Virus record (IMG/VR): IMGVR_UViG_3300016484_000991
Coordinates: 1 to 25,613 of that record
Length of the DNA stretch: 25,613 nucleotides
Direction: 5' to 3' (one strand)
From: a virus
Lineage: Duplodnaviria; Caudoviricetes
Shown here: positions 17,698 to 24,391 of the stretch, piece after piece
Layout of the letters: each line of letters starts with the position of its first letter
Numbering within the stretch: the stretch's first letter is position 1
Notes under the pieces: model-generated
What the model was told of the DNA's origin: nothing
The model's database searches: none
The model's input: the letters and a program-made list of their open reading frames with translations, nothing else
Translations under genes and position numbers: made by a program

Positions 17698-17952
17698 ATG
17701 AAAAATTTTATTAAAGGAATGTTTACAGATGAGAAGGGAATACCTTCAACAAAAAGAGTGGCTGGTATGTTATGTGTTATAGCATTAGTTACATCATTAA
17801 TTGCTAACACTTTTTCACATGGTGACATTAAACCTTCTGACGCTTTAGTAGATGCTGTAGCTTTATTTGCGTTTGGAGCTTTAGGTTTAACTTCTCTTGA
17901 TAAATATTCAGGAGCCTTAAACGGTAAAAAGACTAAAAAAGACTCTGAGTAA
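17698..17952 (+). CDS. Small two-TM membrane protein, holin-like
   Basis: MKNFIKGMFTDEKGIPSTKRV followed by two TM segments and a basic tail. Start reassigned to ATG 17698. Confidence 0.55.
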   Translation: MKNFIKGMFTDEKGIPSTKRVAGMLCVIALVTSLIANTFSHGDIKPSDALVDAVALFAFGALGLTSLDKYSGALNGKKTKKDSE

Positions 17953-17966
17953 CCAAAAAATTAATT

Positions 17967-17999
17967 AAAGCCTCCCTAAATTAGGGGGGCTTTTTTTTT
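17967..17999 (+). terminator. Intrinsic terminator
   Basis: AAAGCCTCCCTA-AAT-TAGGGGGGC hairpin followed by T9. Confidence 0.85.
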
Positions 18000-18036
18000 G
18001 ATTAAAAAATTAGTATAATTAATAAAAAAGTTATAT

Positions 18037-19137
18037 ATGAATAAAATTTTCTTAGAGTACATTTGGTTGGATGGGAACGAACCCCAACAATTAAGGAGTA
18101 AAACAAAAGTAGTCAAAAAAGCGGACACACACATAGTCCAAGATTACCCACTATGGTCTTTTGATGGTAGTTCAACAAACCAAGCTAAAGCTGGTAAAGG
18201 AGAAAATACAGATTGTATCCTTAAACCTGTGTATATCACAAATGACCCATTCAGAGGTCTCCCACATAAATTAGTTTTATGTGAGGTTATGAATCCTGAT
18301 GGTACACCACACATAACAAATCAAAGATGTAAATTAGAAGCAACTACCTCTATGTTAAAGGTAAACGATAAAATTTCACTAAAAAACGATTTACCATGGT
18401 TTGGGTGGGAACAAGAATACACACTAACAACCAAATCTTTTTACCCTTTTGGTACTGGTGAGGGTCTTCCTTTAGGTTTTACTGATGATTGGAGTAAGCC
18501 ACCTAGACCACAGGGTGATTATTATTGTGGTATTGGTTCTGATACTGTAGCTGGACGTGAAATCGTAGAGGAACATTTAGAAAAATGTTTAGAAATAGGT
18601 TTAGAAGTTTCAGGAATTAATGCTGAAGTTCTTTTAGGTCAGTGGGAATACCAGGTGGGTCCAGTAACACCACTAAATGGTTGTGACCAATTATGGATTT
18701 CTAGGTACATTTTAGAACGTGTGGCAGAGAAACACAATGTTAAGGTGTCTTTACACCCAAAACCTCTAAAAGGTGACTGGAACGGTTCAGGATGTCACGT
18801 TAATTTTTCAACAAAAGAAATGCGTAAAGAAGGTGGTTTGGGGATAATTGAGTCTACCATGGAAAAACTTAAATTGACACATAATCAACATATTGAAGTT
18901 TATGGATTATACAATGATGAAAGATTAAGTGGTGAACATGAAACATCTAGTATTCATGATTTTAGTTATGGTTATAGTACAAGAGATACAAGTATTAGAA
19001 TCCCGGCTCAAGCAATAATTGATGGTAAAGGGTATTTTGAAGATAGAAGACCAGCTTCAAACTGTGACCCATATAAAGTAGCGGACAGAATGTTACAAAC
19101 GGTTTATAACTCTGTTAATGTAACAGAAGAAGTTTAA
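18037..19137 (+). CDS. glnA: Glutamine synthetase type II (GSII)
   Basis: LEYIWLDG, LRSKT, WSFDGSST, EQEY, GINAEV..GQWEYQVGP, HPKP..GDWNGSGCH, RLSGEHET, SIRIP and YFEDRRPASNCDPY motifs; 366 aa is typical of GSII. Confidence 0.95.
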   Translation: MNKIFLEYIWLDGNEPQQLRSKTKVVKKADTHIVQDYPLWSFDGSSTNQAKAGKGENTDCILKPVYITNDPFRGLPHKLVLCEVMNPDGTPHITNQRCKLEATTSMLKVNDKISLKNDLPWFGWEQEYTLTTKSFYPFGTGEGLPLGFTDDWSKPPRPQGDYYCGIGSDTVAGREIVEEHLEKCLEIGLEVSGINAEVLLGQWEYQVGPVTPLNGCDQLWISRYILERVAEKHNVKVSLHPKPLKGDWNGSGCHVNFSTKEMRKEGGLGIIESTMEKLKLTHNQHIEVYGLYNDERLSGEHETSSIHDFSYGYSTRDTSIRIPAQAIIDGKGYFEDRRPASNCDPYKVADRMLQTVYNSVNVTEEV

Positions 19138-19147
19138 TAAACCGATA

Positions 19148-19585
19148 ATGGGCAGAGGAAAAGAAATAAAAATAAAACTACCTTACGAATATAATGTTGT
19201 AAGTGGTACTGTAGACAATAAAACACCTAAATCAATATATATACAAATCTCAGCTTGGGGTAAACCTAAAGATTTTTTAGAATGTGATTATGAAAGAATT
19301 ATTAGAAGCAAATCAAAAAGAGTAAAAACTAAACTTTTTGACCTAGTAACAGAAGATATTTTTCACAAGAAAAAAACTATTGTAGATTTTAACATGGCTT
19401 CATCTGGAATTAGTCCCAATAAAAGAAGTTTTATGTCAGTTGAATTAACGCTGTATAAAAAAGAACCGCTACTACCAATAAATTCTGAGGACTTGATACC
19501 AGTTATAAATCAAATATCGGAAAAAATAATATTAGATGTTTTTGAACGAGATGAACATTTCGAATTTTTTAGAACTAAAGGATAA
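19148..19585 (+). CDS. Hypothetical protein
   Basis: 145-aa ORF 10 nt after the GS gene, followed by a terminator. Confidence 0.75.
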   Translation: MGRGKEIKIKLPYEYNVVSGTVDNKTPKSIYIQISAWGKPKDFLECDYERIIRSKSKRVKTKLFDLVTEDIFHKKKTIVDFNMASSGISPNKRSFMSVELTLYKKEPLLPINSEDLIPVINQISEKIILDVFERDEHFEFFRTKG

Positions 19586-19620
19586 TAAAAAAGGGGGTTT
19601 TTAACTCCCTTTTTTTATTT
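19584..19620 (+). terminator. Intrinsic terminator
   Basis: AAAAAAGGGGGTT-TTT-AACTCCCTTTTTTTT hairpin. Confidence 0.8.
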
Positions 19621-19658
19621 TTCACCAATTACAGATATTTATATGAAAAAGTATAAAT

Positions 19659-20408
19659 ATGAAAATATTAAAACCAGGTGAAGAAGGTACAGGTTTTTTA
19701 GTTGAATATGATTCAGGGTTCATAAAACCTGAATTAACTTGTAAAGATGGCGTTTGTTCAAATGCTAATTTAATTAGAGAATTTAAGTCTGGAATGAATT
19801 TCACAATGGACGGACCTCTACCTGAAAAAATCGAAATATATGCAGTACTTCAAAAATGGGGTATAGAAAACAAGAATGGTAGAGTATACCCTAAAGAAAT
19901 CTTAGAAAGAGAAGCTAAAAGATACCAAGAGTTTATTAAAATGGGTACTTCTTTAGGTGAATTAAATCACCCAGAATCATCTATTATTGATGGTGAAAGA
20001 GTATCACACATGGTAACTGAAATATGGTGGGAAGGTAAAACTTTAATGGGTAAATTAGAATTAGATACAACACCAGGATATCATAAAATGGGAATTATTT
20101 CATCAGTTGGTGATAAAGTTCTTAATATGATTAGAAAAGGTTGGACTGTAGGTATCTCATCTAGAGGTGTTGGTTCACTTAAAAATGAAGGTGGTAAAAA
20201 TGTTGTTCAAGACGATTTTGAATTAATTTGTTGGGACATTGTAACATCACCCTCAACTCCAGGTTCTTGGATTTCTTCAGATAAAAATGACCTTAAACCT
20301 TATACAGAATCGGTTGTGGATAATATTAAATTGTTCAATAGTGATAAAAAATATTTATCTGAAAACGAATCTAGATTATTAGATAAATTAAATAAATTTT
20401 TAGGGTAA
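19659..20408 (+). CDS. Prohead protease (T4 gp21-like)
   Basis: NKNGRVYP, GELNHP (catalytic His), GISSRGVGS (catalytic Ser) and WDIVTSPS. Confidence 0.93.
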   Translation: MKILKPGEEGTGFLVEYDSGFIKPELTCKDGVCSNANLIREFKSGMNFTMDGPLPEKIEIYAVLQKWGIENKNGRVYPKEILEREAKRYQEFIKMGTSLGELNHPESSIIDGERVSHMVTEIWWEGKTLMGKLELDTTPGYHKMGIISSVGDKVLNMIRKGWTVGISSRGVGSLKNEGGKNVVQDDFELICWDIVTSPSTPGSWISSDKNDLKPYTESVVDNIKLFNSDKKYLSENESRLLDKLNKFLG

Positions 20409-20723
20409 ATGAGAAATAAGATAATTAGATTAACTGAACAGGATGTTGAAAGATTAGTTAAAAAAATTCTTAAAGAAAGTGATGACACGGAATGGATGGG
20501 AAATACCTACAATATGGACCAACACTCAGAAGAAGAAATGAATCGTGTATGGGACGATTTAAATAACTTAGACAATGGTGAAATTTATGATTTAATGGAG
20601 TTAACTTTTAATCAACAAAAGATGAGTGTTGAGGATTTCGTTAATCACTTACCAACAAACTTTGGTTATGATTATAATTACATTGTTTCAGTTTTGAAAC
20701 AAATACAAAATGAAGGAATATGA
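20409..20723 (+). CDS. Hypothetical protein with the full IRLTE...KKILKE leader (candidate internal head protein)
   Basis: Begins MRNKIIRLTEQDVERLVKKILKESDDTEW. Confidence 0.75.
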   Translation: MRNKIIRLTEQDVERLVKKILKESDDTEWMGNTYNMDQHSEEEMNRVWDDLNNLDNGEIYDLMELTFNQQKMSVEDFVNHLPTNFGYDYNYIVSVLKQIQNEGI

Positions 20724-21097
20724 AAAAAGTAGTAAAATTAACTGAAAATGACTTAGAGTCTTTGGTAAATAAAATTATGAAAGAAGAGAGTCGTGTAAAT
20801 GAAGCTTTACCGAGAAGAGAACGTGAAAGACACCAAACTAATTGGAGAAAAAAGAATTTTGAACCTTACAATAGAGAGGCTGATATTATGAGTGCTTTTG
20901 GCCCTTACGCTACTGATGTACCGCCAAACGTAGTTTCTTACTTAAGAAAAAATCCTAGATTATTTTTAAAGAGATTAGTTGATGTTTATGGCATGGATAA
21001 ATTTTTGGAATTCATCGGTCACCAGGATAATGTTATGACTAATGATAATGTAACTGAAAATAAAAATTCTTATTTAAGAAATAAAAATAATAAATAA
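20720..21097 (+). CDS. Hypothetical protein with the VKLTE...KIMKEE leader (candidate internal head protein)
   Basis: Begins MKKVVKLTENDLESLVNKIMKEESRVNE; ATGA overlap with the upstream gene. Confidence 0.75.
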   Translation: MKKVVKLTENDLESLVNKIMKEESRVNEALPRRERERHQTNWRKKNFEPYNREADIMSAFGPYATDVPPNVVSYLRKNPRLFLKRLVDVYGMDKFLEFIGHQDNVMTNDNVTENKNSYLRNKNNK

Positions 21098-21102
21098 TAA
21101 TT

Positions 21103-21142
21103 GCGCTGCAGCGCTTAGCATAAAGCAAAGCAGCAAGCAGCA
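21103..21142. other. GC-rich intergenic element: 12-bp palindrome plus AGCA repeats
   Basis: GCGCTGCAGCGC (perfect palindrome, 21103-21114) followed by six partly overlapping AGCA units. Confidence 0.7.
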
Positions 21143-21154
21143 AAAATAATTAAT

Positions 21155-22216
21155 ATGAAAAATAGAATTATTAGATTAACTGAATCAGATGTTGAAAGAC
21201 TGGTTAAAAAAATTATAAAAGAAACTGAAGAGGAACAAGAAGTTCCACAAGGGCAAGATAACCCAAAGGATGTTGAAAAATTCATGGAGTTAGCTGACCA
21301 ATATCTATTCAACAAATATGGGGCTTACGCTGAAAAGATTGATACTACCAAAGAAAAGGCTATGATAATCGCTTCTTTGGCTAAAAAATGGGGTGTTGAG
21401 TCTGGTGACCTTAGTAAAGTAAAATCTATTTTAAATACTGAATCTTCATTAAGAAGAAAAAATTTAATTAATGAAATCAATATTAATGATACGGTAAAAA
21501 AACTTAAAGCTAAAGGTAAAGTTGAGCCACACGAAGAAGAGAAATTATTGGATTACATTAGTAAAAAAATAGATGGCGATATTAAAGGTAGTTCAATTGA
21601 GGGTGATGATTTTAAGTTAAGTATTACTAATAGAGGATTTAACGTTAATAAAAAATCTGACAAAAAAAGAATGTTTAATTTTGACCAAATCGGTGATATG
21701 GTTAAATACATTAAAGAATCTAGAATAGATGAAGTAGGAGGTTATGACGCACACGATATTATGGGGCAACACGCTTCAACAGTTATGGTGAATATTAAAA
21801 ATAGTGTTCTGGATTTACTTAGAGAAACTTCTGAATTTGCTAAATTTTTAGAACAACCTAAAAAAGATAAAAATGATATTAATGAATTTTTAGGATCTAT
21901 CATAGATACTATCGATGAAACAATTATAACACTTGATATAATGTTAAAAGATTTTACTGAAGATGAGTTAATTGCTGAAGGTAGAAAGTTTATTAATATA
22001 CTTAATAAAACTATTGTAAATCTTAAAGCTATTTCTGGTACATCAATAGATTCTACTGTTAATGTTATGTCTCACGATATACTACATGCTATGGAACCTT
22101 TATCTTACGCATGTAGATCTTTCATCAACGTTTTTTCCAAAACAGACGAAATGTTTGTCAACAGACTATCTGGTAAGAATAGAGGATGGTACGGTGGTGA
22201 ACTAAACTTAAATTAA
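21155..22216 (+). CDS. Hypothetical modular protein with the IRLTE...KKIIKE leader (candidate internal head polyprotein)
   Basis: Begins MKNRIIRLTESDVERLVKKIIKETEE; internal ILNTE/LINE and IKE/IDE junctions. Confidence 0.75.
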   Translation: MKNRIIRLTESDVERLVKKIIKETEEEQEVPQGQDNPKDVEKFMELADQYLFNKYGAYAEKIDTTKEKAMIIASLAKKWGVESGDLSKVKSILNTESSLRRKNLINEININDTVKKLKAKGKVEPHEEEKLLDYISKKIDGDIKGSSIEGDDFKLSITNRGFNVNKKSDKKRMFNFDQIGDMVKYIKESRIDEVGGYDAHDIMGQHASTVMVNIKNSVLDLLRETSEFAKFLEQPKKDKNDINEFLGSIIDTIDETIITLDIMLKDFTEDELIAEGRKFINILNKTIVNLKAISGTSIDSTVNVMSHDILHAMEPLSYACRSFINVFSKTDEMFVNRLSGKNRGWYGGELNLN

Positions 22217-22219
22217 TAT

Positions 22220-22251
22220 AAATGACGTTAGAAATAACGTCATTTTTTTTT
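22220..22251 (+). terminator. Intrinsic terminator (GAAA tetraloop)
   Basis: AAATGACGTTA-GAAA-TAACGTCA hairpin followed by T9. Confidence 0.85.
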
Positions 22252-22319
22252 ATACAAACATTTACAAATAAATAAAAAATCAGAATACTTAGTTTATATT
22301 AATTAAAAACGTTTTAAAT

Positions 22320-22553
22320 ATGAATGAACAAACACTTAACTTCTTCCTAGTAAAGGTAGAATTTGAAACTGTAAACGAAGTTACAGGTAAACCAAAGAAA
22401 ATCAAAACACAATACTTAGTTGATGCTATGACTTGTACTGAAGCTGAAGCAAGAACTCACAAATACCTAGATGGTACGGTATTGGATTATGAGATTGTAT
22501 CAGCAGTTAAATCACCAATCGAAGATGTGATTAGAGTTGAAGTAGCAGCTTAA
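22320..22553 (+). CDS. DUF4494-like protein
   Basis: KVEFE...GKPKKIKTQYLVDAMTCTEAEAR...YEIVSAVKSPIEDV resembles the Bacteroidetes DUF4494 N-terminal motif YLVDAxSFTEAE. Confidence 0.7.
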   Translation: MNEQTLNFFLVKVEFETVNEVTGKPKKIKTQYLVDAMTCTEAEARTHKYLDGTVLDYEIVSAVKSPIEDVIRVEVAA

Positions 22554-22559
22554 TTAAAT

Positions 22560-22587
22560 AAAGACTCAGAAATGAGTCTTTTTTTTT
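22560..22587 (+). terminator. Intrinsic terminator (GAAA tetraloop) between convergent genes
   Basis: AAAGACTCA-GAAA-TGAGTC hairpin followed by T9. Confidence 0.85.
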
Positions 22588-22591
22588 GTAC

Positions 22592-23023
22592 CTAATCTTG
22601 GTACTTCTCAGGTAAACCTATTTCATTTGCTATTTTAGTGAAAAGACCTGAATGGTTGTGTTTCACATCTTGTTCCTCACCAACCGAAGCATGAATTAAT
22701 TCATGTGTTATTACCCACTTCAAATAATTCATATTTTCTAAAGCTTTAGACTTAACACCTATAACTCCTGGATTACCTTTTTTGTCTGGGTGTTTAATAC
22801 CCGCTATTTTATCTTTTTTTATATGATTATCTATCTTAATATCTAATTTAGGTAGATTTAAATCTTTGCCTGTAATTTTTTTATAGGCTCTTTCAATGTC
22901 ACCCTCAATATCCTGTTTTAGGCTAGTTAAAATCCTATTTTCCTCATTTTCTTTTAAAAAATAAGGGTTTTTAAATTCAGTCATAATAGACTCCCTTATA
23001 ATCTTCTGTAGTTTACTTCCCAT
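22592..23023 (-). CDS. SprT-like zinc metalloprotease with a KIIRE leader
   Basis: HExxH motif in VITHELIHA plus downstream HNHSGLF. Start reassigned to ATG 23023 (MGSKLQKIIRESIMTE), 7 nt after minus-strand ATATTTAT. Confidence 0.7.
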   Translation of the reverse strand: MGSKLQKIIRESIMTEFKNPYFLKENEENRILTSLKQDIEGDIERAYKKITGKDLNLPKLDIKIDNHIKKDKIAGIKHPDKKGNPGVIGVKSKALENMNYLKWVITHELIHASVGEEQDVKHNHSGLFTKIANEIGLPEKYQD

Positions 23024-23091
23024 TGTATTAATAAATATATCATTTTTTTTAATAAAAAATTGTGTTTTAAAAAACTTTTGTGAAAAAGTCA

Positions 23092-23125
23092 ATATTTATT
23101 AAGAAAATCCGCGTTTTTATGCGGA
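23092..23125 (+). promoter_or_regulatory. ATATTTAT motif followed by a 5'-UTR hairpin upstream of the scaffold-capsid operon
   Basis: ATATTTAT at 23092-23099; TCCGCGT-TTTT-ATGCGGA stem-loop at 23108-23125. Confidence 0.55.
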
Positions 23126-23152
23126 ATAAAATAATTTATAAAAACAAAAAAA

Positions 23153-24367
23153 ATGGCAGAAAAAAGAAAGTCAATTATCGACGAAGCTCTTTTAGAAAGT
23201 GAACAAATTGAAAAAGCTTTCGAAGCCAATGCGAAAGAAATACTGAACCATACAATGGGGTCAGAAATTGAGGCGTTAGTAAAGGAATCTTTAAAAGATT
23301 CGAAAATTGGTTTAACAGAAGAGGACGACGATGATGAAGAGGATGTAGACTTTGATTTAGATTTTGACATGGAAGACATGGATGATGAAAATGAAGATTC
23401 TATTAATGCTAACGGTACTGGCGATGACCTGGAGTTAGATGACATTGACCTAGATTTAGGTAGTGAAGAAGATGACAATGACGAAGATGTTGACATTGTT
23501 GACCTAACAGGTGAAGAAGATGATAATGAAATCATCAGAGTGTTCAAATTAATGAGCCCTGAAGATGAAATTGAAGTTGTTCACGATGGTGGTAACATTA
23601 ACATTAAAGACAGTGGAACAGGAGCTGAGTATCAAATTCAACTTAACGGTGGATCTGAAGTTGAGGACTTTGATGATGAATCAGAATATGAGGAAGATGA
23701 TATGAATCTAGACCTTGATATGGATGATGACTCAGAGTACGAAGAAGATGAGTTAGGTGAGGGTGTAATTTACGAAATCGTTATCGATGACGAAGATGGT
23801 GAAGAAGACGACGAAATGGAGGATGAAGAACCAGTTGAAGAAAACACAACTCATACTAAAGCTAATTTAAGAAAAAGAAACTTAAAACCAGCTAATCTTA
23901 AAAACGAATCAATCACACCTAGAGTATCACAAGTTATAAATGAGAATAAAGTTCTTAAACATAAAGTTTCATCTATTATAACTGAAAACGAACAACTTAA
24001 AGCTGACTACAATAAAATGGTTGACGCTCTTAAAGAGTTCAGAAATAAGTTAAACGAAGTAGCTGTATTCAACAGTAATTTAACTTACTCAGTAAGATTG
24101 TTTACTGAAAACACAACTACTAAAGATGAAAAATTAGAAATCATTAAAAGATTTGATGAAGTAAAAACTCTTAAGGAATCTAAAAACACTTACAGACAAC
24201 TTGTAAAAGAGATTACTAACAAAGAGCCAATCAAAGAATCTATTGATGTGAAAATTAATCAAACTAAAACTTCTGGTTCATCTACAAAAATCAATGAATC
24301 AAAAGTTTATGTAAATCCTGAGTTAGAAAAAATGAAAAAACTTTGGGATTACAATTACAAAAAATAA
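23153..24367 (+). CDS. Prohead scaffold/core protein (T4 gp22-like by position)
   Basis: Very acidic middle region, coiled-coil C-terminal half (LNEVAVFNSNLTY), many L/I-x-E sites; lies immediately upstream of the MCP. Confidence 0.75.
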   Translation: MAEKRKSIIDEALLESEQIEKAFEANAKEILNHTMGSEIEALVKESLKDSKIGLTEEDDDDEEDVDFDLDFDMEDMDDENEDSINANGTGDDLELDDIDLDLGSEEDDNDEDVDIVDLTGEEDDNEIIRVFKLMSPEDEIEVVHDGGNINIKDSGTGAEYQIQLNGGSEVEDFDDESEYEEDDMNLDLDMDDDSEYEEDELGEGVIYEIVIDDEDGEEDDEMEDEEPVEENTTHTKANLRKRNLKPANLKNESITPRVSQVINENKVLKHKVSSIITENEQLKADYNKMVDALKEFRNKLNEVAVFNSNLTYSVRLFTENTTTKDEKLEIIKRFDEVKTLKESKNTYRQLVKEITNKEPIKESIDVKINQTKTSGSSTKINESKVYVNPELEKMKKLWDYNYKK

Positions 24368-24391
24368 TAATAAAAACAAAAACAAAAAAAA

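Noticed and set aside
23089-23547. Ser-rich minus-strand ORF
   Set aside because: Antisense reading of Asp/Glu codons in the scaffold gene.
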